Shown one piece after another: positions 48,181 through 55,280 of a stretch of DNA of 64,000 bases. This DNA comes from Bacteroidales bacterium (GTDB taxonomy: Bacteria > Bacteroidota > Bacteroidia > Bacteroidales > WCHB1-69). Position numbers and translations under genes: made by a program. The notes under the pieces are model-generated. The model was given only the letters and a program-made list of their open reading frames with translations. It was not told the origin of the DNA and did no database searches. Each line of letters starts with the position of its first letter. Position 1 is the first letter of the stretch. The DNA lies in the NCBI GenBank assembly GCA_017554325.1, contig JAFZIP010000010.1:5760-69759 (forward strand). Direction: 5' to 3'.

Positions 48181-48484
48181 TCAACCCGAATTTTTCACCA
48201 AACCCCTATAGCGTATAGAAACAGAATAAACTTTTTAACATATTGACATAAAGCGTTTTCGCTTTTCTTTGCACAACCGGAATCTGGACAATTTCGAATC
48301 ACTACGCAAGAAAGGATAAACGCTCACGAGTAATCGTGGGCTTTCTTGTTTGTAGTGATAGGTCCGTCCAGAACCTTGGTTGTAAACATGAAGTTCACGA
48401 TTCTTTTTATATTTGGAATTGAAAAGCGAAAATGGCTTATAACCAACTGAAATTCAATTAGTACAAATATAAAAATCAAAAAAA

Positions 48485-50600
48485 ATGAAAAAGATCTCCC
48501 TTGTTTTCCTTTTCCTGATGATGCTTTGCGGGATAATGGCGCAAAGTCCCGAACAATTCTCGTATCAAGCAGTGGTTCGCAATGCCAACAACACCTTGGT
48601 CGCTGGCACACAAGTGGGCGTACGTGTGAGCGTGCTACAGGGCACCGCCGCCGGAGCTCCCCGTCTATGTGGAAACCCACGCGGTGACCACGAACAGCAA
48701 CGGCCTGATGATTTTGGCGATAGGGGACGGAACAATCCAGAATGGCATGTTCTCAGACATTGACTGGGCTGATGGACCATATTTCCTCAAAACCGAAATT
48801 GACCCCGATGGCGGCAGCAACTATACCATCACCAGCACCCAGCAGTTGTTGAGTGTGCCTTACGCGTTGTACGCCAAGACTGCAGGTAACGCTTTCAGCG
48901 GCGACTACAACGATTTGACCAACACGCCCGACATCCCTACGGTTCCTACAAACGTCGGTGCTTTCACCAATGACGCAGGTTATCTCACCTCCTACACCGA
49001 AACCGACCCGACGGTACCAGCATGGGCGAAAGAAGCCAACAAACCGGCCTACAGCTATTCGGAAATTGCCAATACCCCCACTATTCCTACCGTTCCTACA
49101 AACGTCAGTGCTTTCACGAACGACGCGGGCTATCTCACCTCCTACACCGAAACCGACCCGACGGTACCGGCTTGGGCGAAAGAAGTCAACAAACCGGCCT
49201 ATAACTATTCAGAAATCGCCAACACTCCGACTATCCCGACAGTGCCCACCAACATAAGTGCTTTCACTAACGATGCCGGATACCTCACCACCTACACCGA
49301 AACCGACCCGCAATTCACTGCTTGGGACAAGGACTATAATGACCTGATAAACAAACCCACAATTCCCACTATTCCTAATAACGTAAGCACGTTTACTAAT
49401 GACGCCGGCTACATCACCGCACAAGACCTCCAGACTATTCCCTCTGTCCCAACCAATGTGAGCGCCTTTGCCAATGATGCCGGATATATCACCTTGGATT
49501 CTATTCCTGCCATTCCCACTGTCCCTACCGAGGTGAGCGTCTTCCATAACGATGCTGGCTACATCACCAGCATTGTTCTCGACAGCATCATGTCCAGTTA
49601 CATCGCCGGGATGCAGGCGCAGATCGACAGTCTGAAAGGAGTGATTGACAGTATGGAAGCAATTCCTGTGCCTGGCGTAAATACGGCGCAACTCCCGACA
49701 GTGACCACCGATGTGGTGACCGTTATTTCCAGTACCACGGCCACCAGCGGCGGAACGGTGACAAGCCCCGACGGCACTCCCGTATTGAGTCGCGGTCTCT
49801 GCTGGAGCCAACACCAGAACCCTACCATCGATGACAATGTGGCAATAGCCGGTTTGGGACAAGGGCAGTTCTCTGCTACTATGACCGGTTTGACCGCTGA
49901 CACATTATACTATGTGCGGGCCTTTGCCGTGACTGCCCAAGGAGTGGCATACGGTCAACCGCGCACCTTTGTCTCCGGTAACCCCAACGCCGTGATGGTG
50001 ACGGTGCATTTTGTTAGTTCCGACACTTCCATTGCTATGGTGAACCAAACGGATACTACGGTCATCTACGGAAGCACCATTTCTTTTCCTGGAATCACTG
50101 GATTATCCGGCTGGATAGTGGATTACTGGGTTGCGGAAAATGACACGACCACCCATATTTCCCCGTTAGATAATGTCACCATTACAAGCGAAATCACCTA
50201 TTATGCCCATTTCAAAGATAACAACGTGTATGTGAGATTCCCTGGAGCAGATGATGAGAATACTTGGAAAAATCTATCTAATAATATCAGTGTAGCAAAG
50301 AACACAAGCTTTGAATACGATAATATAGTATTTAACTGGCAAAATGATGGATCTGCTCAAGATATTTCTGGTACTATTAACTATTATGTACCATATATAA
50401 ATAGTTCAATTGTAACAACTAATATCAAGATACCTTCTGATAAACAAATTACAGGTATATATTCATACGCAAATGGATGGTTACCTGATAATGCAAGAGT
50501 TGAATTTGTACAAACATTAAGTGACGGAAAAGAATATAAAATATTAGTAAATGGTGATAGAAAAACAATCTTTGGAATAAAACTTAGTGATAATGAATGA
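48485..50600 (+). pseudogene. Fibre-like secreted repeat protein, interrupted by a +1 frameshift in a C4 tract (48659-48662).
   Basis: ORF 48485..48763 carries the signal peptide plus FSYQAVVRNANNTLVAGTQVGVRVSVLQGTAAGAP. ORF 48669..50600 continues with VYVETHAVTTNSNGLMILAIGDG...DIDWADGPYFLKTEIDP...LLSVPYALYAK. Removing one C from CCCC joins them in frame. Downstream are SAFTNDAGY(L/I)T repeats, an Fn3-like domain and a Listeria-Bacteroides-type repeat. Confidence 0.75.
48935..49570 (+). repeat. Coding tandem repeats: two 150-bp units, then shorter units of about 75 bp.
   Basis: The 150-bp units start at 48941 and 49091 (PTVPTNV.AFTNDAGYLTSYTETDPTVPAWAKE.NKPAY.YSEIANTPTI). The core P.VPTNVSAFTNDAGY occurs 6 times. 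Confidence 0.8.
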
Positions 50601-50659
50601 TTAATATTAACAACAGCAGCAGTTATTTACCGTATTATTCACATTAAAATTCGATAAAT

Positions 50660-51850
50660 ATGAAAGTGACACGTATTATTCATCCAGTCGGACAAGGCGG
50701 TTTTTACACTGAAACATTCTCCGATGACCAACAGGAAGCGACGTTTGTCTATGATTGCGGAGGATTTGATAATGCCCAAAAGAAGATGAACAGCTATTTG
50801 GATTGCTTTCTGTCCAATAAGAAACCAAAAAAGAAAATAGAGGCCGTCTTTATTTCCCATTTTCATGCAGACCATATCAATGGATTGCAATACCTTCTCG
50901 AGAATGCTGAAGTGAAATATCTGTTTTTACCTCAGTTATCCGAGGATGTTATGTTAGAAGCACTTGTCTATAACTATTGCTTGACAAGGAGCAACAAGTT
51001 AGTCAATGATTTCTTGATAAGCTTGTATAATGGTAAAGTTCGCTTCGGTTCAAACAGAGCAAGAACAAGGATCATACAAATAGAGTCTGTGGATGATCAC
51101 ATTCTCCCAGATGATCTACATTCGGAATCGTTCTATAACAACAACACTGAATTTAATGCATGGGATTGGCGAAAAAAGAAAGTTGTTGATTTGTCAACGG
51201 TTGAAACCCTTTCTGCAAGCACTGTACTTCAATACTGTAGCTGGCTGTACATACCTTATAATTCTAAAGTGCGTCCCGCTAAGGAAACCGATTTGAAGAA
51301 AAAATTAAGTAAAATGTTGGGAACTGAGATTACGGTAGAAAACTTGCCATTATTGATTGAAAAATATACAGTAGAAGCTTGCAGAGAAATCTACAAAAAA
51401 GTATTTGGCTCGAATCAGAACCACACTTCCATGATTTTGTTTTCCGGCACAATAGAAAATGTTAAGATTTTTCATTGTGAGGATATCTCTAATCACCAAG
51501 ATGATGAGAATTGGTTATATTATAAAAACAATAGACATCTGAATCTAAATAATCCAAACATGCTTTATACTGGCGATTATGAGCCAAATCGTAGAGTGGG
51601 TTGCATGTGGTATTACTCTAAGTTGTGGAATACAATCGCTACCATCCAAATTCCGCACCATGGTTCCCAAAACAATTATGATGAAGAACTCTACAAAAAC
51701 CCATCACGAGGCATTGTCTCGGTCGGGAATAATAATTCTCATCATCACCCTAATGTTGACACGTTGATAAAGATTCAAAATCAAGGTTGCTATCCTGTAA
51801 TAGTTACAGAAGACAAAAGCTCCATGAAAATATATCAATATTTGTTATAG
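50660..51850 (+). CDS. MBL-fold metallo-hydrolase, ComEC/Rec2-type beta-lactamase domain (stand-alone, cytoplasmic).
   Basis: The motifs are VYDCGG, ISHFHADHINGL (HxHxDH), and LYTGDYEP...IQIPHHGSQNNYDEELY...IVSVGNNNSHHHPN, which matches the ComEC C-terminal domain pattern. It has no TM segments. It is AT-rich relative to its surroundings. Confidence 0.7.
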   Translation: MKVTRIIHPVGQGGFYTETFSDDQQEATFVYDCGGFDNAQKKMNSYLDCFLSNKKPKKKIEAVFISHFHADHINGLQYLLENAEVKYLFLPQLSEDVMLEALVYNYCLTRSNKLVNDFLISLYNGKVRFGSNRARTRIIQIESVDDHILPDDLHSESFYNNNTEFNAWDWRKKKVVDLSTVETLSASTVLQYCSWLYIPYNSKVRPAKETDLKKKLSKMLGTEITVENLPLLIEKYTVEACREIYKKVFGSNQNHTSMILFSGTIENVKIFHCEDISNHQDDENWLYYKNNRHLNLNNPNMLYTGDYEPNRRVGCMWYYSKLWNTIATIQIPHHGSQNNYDEELYKNPSRGIVSVGNNNSHHHPNVDTLIKIQNQGCYPVIVTEDKSSMKIYQYLL

Positions 51851-51860
51851 AAGACTTGAC

Positions 51861-51885
51861 AGGGCGCGGCCGCGGGCCGCGCCCT
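51861..51885. terminator. GC-rich perfect hairpin after the MBL gene.
   Basis: AGGGCGCGGCC-GCG-GGCCGCGCCCT is followed by TTTGGGTTG. It starts 11 nt after the stop codon. Confidence 0.6.
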
Positions 51886-51909
51886 TTGGGTTGTGTGTGG
51901 ATTAACGCT

Positions 51910-51949
51910 GGGGGTTCCGCCAGCGGTTAGAGACACGGTTCATGTTGGA
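51910..51949. repeat. Junction module J, left-most copy (no leader attached).
   Basis: The sequence is gggggttccgccagcggttagagacacggttcatgttgga. It matches 52751-52790 and 53642-53681. Confidence 0.75.
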
Positions 51950-51989
51950 GGTTCCGCCGCCTGCAAAAATACGGGGTTAATGTTTGGGG

Positions 51990-52012
51990 TTCCGCCGCCA
52001 ATGGCGGCGGAA
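51990..52012 (+). repeat. H hairpin 1.
   Basis: TTCCGCCGCC-AAT-GGCGGCGGAA, with flanks ATGTTTGGGG and TGGTGGG. Confidence 0.8.
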
Positions 52013-52044
52013 TGGTGGGCGTGTGGTGCTGGTTGGGTTGGGGG

Positions 52045-52072
52045 TTCCGAACGATGCGTGCATCGTTCGGAA
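52045..52072 (+). repeat. H hairpin 2.
   Basis: TTCCGAACGATGC-GT-GCATCGTTCGGAA, with flanks GGTTGGGGG and TGGTGCG. Confidence 0.8.
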
Positions 52073-52100
52073 TGGTGCGTGTCTGGAGGGCAATGATAAA

Positions 52101-52156
52101 ATGGGCGGCGGCAGAAGGTGATTGATAATTTGCACGTCCCAACCGCCGCCGCCCAT
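52101..52156. repeat. 12-bp inverted repeat with a 32-nt spacer, followed by a T9 run.
   Basis: ATGGGCGGCGGC ... GCCGCCGCCCAT, followed by ATTTTTTTTT. It lies between H2 and the inverted H3. Confidence 0.7.
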
Positions 52157-52183
52157 ATTTTTTTTTGCGATGATGCTGCACCA

Positions 52184-52207
52184 TTCCGCGCGACATGTCG
52201 CGCGGAA
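52184..52207 (-). repeat. H hairpin 3 (inverted orientation).
   Basis: The plus strand reads CACCATTCCGCGCGACATGTCGCGCGGAACCTCC. It lies 19 nt downstream of the GIY-YIG stop. Confidence 0.8.
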
Positions 52208-52225
52208 CCTCCAGCGTTCCCCGAG

Positions 52226-52582
52226 TCACCTCTTTGTTAGCTCGTCCATCACCCGTTTCACCTGGTCACTCCAGGATTCCGGCTTTTCGCAAAATCCATT
52301 TTCACTAACCAATTCCCTCCATTGCGGATTACGGGCATTGATGAGAGCGAGTTTTTCCGAACGCCGCATGTTTTTCATTTGATTCTCTCTCCGAATCGCG
52401 GAATTGTAGTCAGGGAAAGCCTCGTAATAGACACAATATTCACAATTGTATTTATCGGTGAATGACCCTTTGTAAAAGTGTCTTTTATGTTGCGATACAC
52501 GTTTGATGATATCAACGGTACAACCTACGTAAAGCACATTGTGATGCTTGTTTGTCATGATGTAAGTGAAACCAGATTTCAT
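52226..52582 (-). CDS. GIY-YIG nuclease family protein (small, stand-alone).
   Basis: FTYIMTNKHHNVLYVGCTVDIIKRVSQHK...YYE.F......AI.RENQMKNMRRSEK is the GIY-YIG / UPF0213 pattern. Confidence 0.8.
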   Translation of the reverse strand: MKSGFTYIMTNKHHNVLYVGCTVDIIKRVSQHKRHFYKGSFTDKYNCEYCVYYEAFPDYNSAIRRENQMKNMRRSEKLALINARNPQWRELVSENGFCEKPESWSDQVKRVMDELTKR

Positions 52583-52610
52583 AGTTTAAAAGGTTTTGTT
52601 ATGGTTGCTG

Positions 52611-52618
52611 CAAAGATA
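52611..52618 (-). promoter_or_regulatory. -7 box TAtcTTTG (minus strand).
   Basis: The reverse complement of caaagata lies 29 nt upstream of the GIY-YIG ATG at 52582. Confidence 0.5.
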
Positions 52619-52650
52619 CAACACCCCAACCGTTTTTCAAAGGTTTGGGC

Positions 52651-52750
52651 AAAATTATTTTTATCATAATAATCAGTGTTTTAGAAAATTACTCTGTGTA
52701 AAATTAAGAATTGATTGTTAACGGGTAGTGATTGATTTGGGAAAAATGTT
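52651..52750 (-). repeat. Leader module copy A (pseudo 3' end of mpg plus its downstream region).
   Basis: It is 61/61 identical to copy B over tactctgtgtaaaattaagaattgattgttaacgggtagtgattgatttgggaaaaatgtt. On the minus strand it reads ..NIFPKSITTR-stop. Confidence 0.85.
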
Positions 52751-52792
52751 GGGGGTTCCGCCAGCGGTTAGAGACGCGGTTTGTGTTGGAGG

Positions 52793-52815
52793 TTCCGCCA
52801 GCAGATCTGGCGGAA
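52793..52815 (+). repeat. H hairpin 4.
   Basis: TTCCGCCAG-CAGAT-CTGGCGGAA, with flanks GTGTTGGAGG and TGGTGGGG. It is preceded by J module 52751-52790. Confidence 0.8.
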
Positions 52816-52989
52816 TGGTGGGGATGGGATATTATTTTATCGTAAGTGGCTATAACGGAGAAAATTGATTTTTTTCATGATGACATCCGCCGTCTAAAAA
52901 ATATTTGTACTTTTGCGGTGTCGTTTTACCATACAGAGCAGGTAACGAAGACTGTCAGCGTCGATGTTTTTGACAGTGACGAACAATAT

Positions 52990-53017
52990 AAGACCGAGGT
53001 TTCACTTCGGTCTTTTT
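52990..53017. terminator. Hairpin overlapping the stop codon of the 148-aa gene.
   Basis: AAGACCGAGG-TTTCA-CTTCGGTCTT, followed by TTT on the plus strand. The stop codon (complement of 53002-53004) sits in the loop. Confidence 0.4.
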
Positions 53018-53448
53018 ATTATGTCAAAGGCCGAAAGCAACCACTTTTTCGTTTTCCCATCATCACTTTTTTCCACCGCCACGATAAATCGGAATGTCTT
53101 ACTTTCAAACACTTTTTTTTGACCGTCTGACTTCTTCAAGTTGAAATTGCCGAATTGAACAACAATAGGGATGAAATCCTCCACATTAAATCCCAGTTTG
53201 TTAATATCAATTTCGTGTTTGTCAATAATGTGGGCCAACCCATATCCCCTGTGCTTGATTGGGTCTGAGACCTCACCCCAAACAATGTCAATATCACCAA
53301 TATCACTACGATGCAGCGCCGCAATACATTCGCCATTCATTTTTTCACGAAGAAATCTAATGGCTTCCTTTGGCTTTCCTGCAAATTGCCTGTACACAGG
53401 ACCATATTTTCCAGTTTCAACATTTGTTTCTTCAATAGTTGTTTTCAT
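53002..53448 (-). CDS. Small stand-alone protein resembling the barnase/EndoU/colicin-E5/RelE-like (PBECR-type) nuclease modules of polyvalent conjugative-element proteins.
   Basis: 148 aa. The pattern YGPVYRQFAGKPKEAIRFLREKMNGECIAALHRSDIGDIDIVWGE......GYGLAHIIDKH is one I associate with N-terminal modules of large Bacteroides ICE/phage polyvalent proteins. The assignment is from memory only. Confidence 0.4.
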   Translation of the reverse strand: MKTTIEETNVETGKYGPVYRQFAGKPKEAIRFLREKMNGECIAALHRSDIGDIDIVWGEVSDPIKHRGYGLAHIIDKHEIDINKLGFNVEDFIPIVVQFGNFNLKKSDGQKKVFESKTFRFIVAVEKSDDGKTKKWLLSAFDIIKRPK

Positions 53449-53501
53449 AATTGATTATAATTTGTTTGGAATTATACATATTGTTAATGATACATTAACG
53501 G

Positions 53502-53509
53502 CAAAAATA
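53502..53509 (-). promoter_or_regulatory. -7 box TAttTTTG (minus strand).
   Basis: The reverse complement of caaaaata lies 54 nt upstream of the ATG at 53448. Confidence 0.45.
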
Positions 53510-53540
53510 CATCACAAAAAACTTTTGGCTAGAGTATTGC

Positions 53541-53641
53541 GAAAATAATTTTCAGTGTAATAATCAATGTATTAGCATTTTACTCTGTGTAAAATTAAGA
53601 ATTGATTGTTAACGGGTAGTGATTGATTTGGGAAAAATGTT
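53541..53641 (-). repeat. Leader module copy B.
   Basis: See copy A. It is followed by J module 53642-53681. Confidence 0.85.
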
Positions 53642-53683
53642 GGAGGTTCCGCTGGCGGTTAGAGACGTGGTTTGTTTTGGAGG

Positions 53684-53706
53684 TTCCGCCGCCAAAGGCG
53701 GCGGAA
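53684..53706 (+). repeat. H hairpin 5.
   Basis: TTCCGCCGCC-AAA-GGCGGCGGAA, with flanks GTTTTGGAGG and TGGTGGTG. Confidence 0.8.
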
Positions 53707-53812
53707 TGGTGGTGACACAGCGGTGCGTTTGTGGTGTTTCGCGGCGGGTTGGTTCAGGGACTCGGCGCATGTGTGTCGCGCGCCGCGCCCCATCGCACAG
53801 GCCAGCCCGCAC

Positions 53813-54016
53813 CCAGGGGTTGACACCCCTGGTTACAGATATGTAACGCCTACGGCGTTAGTGCTGACAGCGTTGACGTTGTCGGAGATTGAACCTGTCG
53901 ATGGTGACTGTGCTTGTCGAAGTCACCGGCAATACTAAGCAGGTTTAACCGGTATTCCTGCCACCAGTCCAACGCCGTAGGCGTTGCAGATTATAGCCAG
54001 AGATGTCAATCTCTGG
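53813..54016. repeat. 204-bp nested imperfect palindrome: two inverted double-hairpin modules around a central hairpin.
   Basis: The left module lies at 53813-53860: CCAGGGG-TTGACA-CCCCTGG, then an 11-nt spacer, then TAACGCC-TAC-GGCGTTA. The right module at 53970-54016 is its inverted copy with compensatory stem changes: CAACGCC-GTA-GGCGTTG, then a 10-nt spacer, then CCAGAGAT-GTCA-ATCTCTGG. The central hairpin GGTGACT...AGTCACC lies at 53903-53927. Confidence 0.75.
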
Positions 54017-54130
54017 GATTGTGGTATATGATGGCCCCGTGTGCGTAATCGCGGCGCGGGAGCCGCGTGCACCGAAGCATAATGTTTGCCCGCCGCGAAA
54101 CGCCCATCATTATCCACCAACCCACCACCA

Positions 54131-54149
54131 TTCCGCGCTCCGCGCGGAA
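54131..54149 (-). repeat. H hairpin 7 (inverted orientation).
   Basis: The plus strand reads CCACCACCATTCCGCGC-TCC-GCGCGGAATCTCCACC. Confidence 0.8.
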
Positions 54150-54240
54150 TCTCCACCGATGAATAGTATTCAGAGAACACCCAAGGGCGCGGACGTGGGG
54201 CTGCGCTCTTTTTGTTTTGTGTGGGGGTTCATGCTGGAGG

Positions 54241-54263
54241 TTCCGCCGCCGTTGGCGGCGGAA
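54241..54263 (+). repeat. H hairpin 6.
   Basis: TTCCGCCGCC-GTT-GGCGGCGGAA, with flanks ATGCTGGAGG and TGGTGGGTGG. Confidence 0.8.
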
Positions 54264-54309
54264 TGGTGGGTGGCTTGATAAGGCGAAATAAGCTAAATAA
54301 GCTAAATAG

Positions 54310-55218
54310 TTAGTTTTTTTTTGGTCTAAGCTCCATGATTTCCTCGCTGCTCAGGCCGGAAATGCGTACTATAGTCTCTATTGCGATACGTTCCGCAATC
54401 ATGTTTAGTGCTAGTTGGCGCTTTTCTGCCATTTTCCCTTCATTCATCCCCTTTTCCATACCTTTCTCAAACCCCTCTTCTAGGCCGTCTTCGCGGGCGC
54501 AGATAATGGCACCTTGCACATCTTTGTACTCCAAAACACTCTTCTTGTATTCTTTTCGTTCCATGTTGGTTAGTTTTGTTATCCTGCATTCCTCTATGAA
54601 CTTTCGGAAGATGCCACGCTCCTCTGCGCCGTAGTCTTGATTGGTGCTACTGCCGATGGAGGTGAGCAGTTCGAGCCACCTGCGCATGGGGGCATTGTCC
54701 AAAGTCTTGTCTTTAACGGCTGCAAATTCACACAATTCGATGAAAAAAAAGGTGGTTTTCTCGCTGAAAATTTTGTCGGTCTCATCTTTGAGCATAACCT
54801 TGTGGAAATAATGGTCATTGCCTCTGAACTCCGGTGCGTTGTAGTCCAGCAGGTTGAAGGAATAGACGGAGGGGATGGCGTAGTCGTTTTCGCCTTTTTC
54901 CATCTCCCTGCTGATCACCCTGCTCACGTACGAGATGATTCTGTCGGCGAAGAAGGGCTGGCGGGCCCGCTGCATCTCGATGATGAATCTGTCGCCGTTT
55001 TGGTTTTCGCAATAGATGTCGAAAATCACCCTCTTGTCTTCCGGCCTCTCGCCGAACATCTCTGTCTGCAGGAAGGTGATGTCGGTGATGATACCGACTT
55101 CATCGGAAATGGAGGAATTGAGGAAGTCGATGAGGAGGTCTTTGTTGTTCTCGGAGGCGAAGATCCGCTTGAAGCCGAAATCGGACAGCGGATCGAAAAA
55201 TATCATGTCTTTCTTCAT
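54310..55218 (-). CDS. Rpn-family recombination-promoting nuclease / putative PD-(D/E)XK transposase.
   Basis: The ATG at 55218 gives MKKDMIFFDPLSDFGFKRIFASENNKDLLIDFLN. Further in is ..RVIFDIYCENQNGDRFIIEMQ (the D..E.Q/K core), the typical pattern of this family. The longer ORF-track start would overlap the promoter box. Confidence 0.8.
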   Translation of the reverse strand: MKKDMIFFDPLSDFGFKRIFASENNKDLLIDFLNSSISDEVGIITDITFLQTEMFGERPEDKRVIFDIYCENQNGDRFIIEMQRARQPFFADRIISYVSRVISREMEKGENDYAIPSVYSFNLLDYNAPEFRGNDHYFHKVMLKDETDKIFSEKTTFFFIELCEFAAVKDKTLDNAPMRRWLELLTSIGSSTNQDYGAEERGIFRKFIEECRITKLTNMERKEYKKSVLEYKDVQGAIICAREDGLEEGFEKGMEKGMNEGKMAEKRQLALNMIAERIAIETIVRISGLSSEEIMELRPKKN

Positions 55219-55239
55219 AGTAAAATGTTTTAGGTTGCC

Positions 55240-55247
55240 CAAAGATA
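55240..55247 (-). promoter_or_regulatory. -7 box TAtcTTTG (minus strand).
   Basis: The reverse complement of caaagata lies 22 nt upstream of the ATG at 55218. Confidence 0.5.
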
Positions 55248-55280
55248 CAACCCCAAAACATTCTTGTCAAGAGCTTTTTG

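Noticed and set aside
48181-48484. A possible riboswitch or sRNA in the 300-bp region upstream of the fibre-like gene, containing the hairpin CACGA-GTAA-TCGTG.
   Set aside because: I recognise no riboswitch consensus. There is only one short hairpin. A TAtaTTTG box at 48408-48415 explains the region as a promoter and 5' UTR.
48485-51850. Prophage remnant, because of the tail-fibre-like repeats.
   Set aside because: No capsid, terminase, portal, baseplate or integrase genes are nearby. The protein has a Sec signal peptide and Bacteroidetes surface-protein domains.
52846-53130. A 94-aa plus-strand ORF overlapping the 3' end of the 148-aa gene (possible immunity gene).
   Set aside because: It has no promoter box or RBS-like context. 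Its sequence is hydrophobic and low-complexity, and it overlaps the better-supported minus-strand gene by 129 nt.
53820-53846. A TTGACA hairpin loop followed by TATGTA, as a sigma-70 -35/-10 promoter.
   Set aside because: The spacing is only about 14 nt. Bacteroidetes housekeeping promoters use TTTG / TAnnTTTG. TTGACA sits in the loop of a conserved hairpin, and the inverted partner has TGACAT.
53609-54278. Small ORFs (66-91 aa) in the GC-rich non-coding block.
   Set aside because: They are Arg/Pro/Gly/Ala-rich and mutually overlapping in several frames, with no start context or promoter box. The region is better explained by nested palindromes.
51890-54280. Possible CRISPR array, because short GC-rich palindromic repeats recur.
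   Set aside because: The repeat spacing is irregular (33 nt to over 500 nt). The repeat cores differ between copies, and two copies are inverted. There are no cas genes and no leader.
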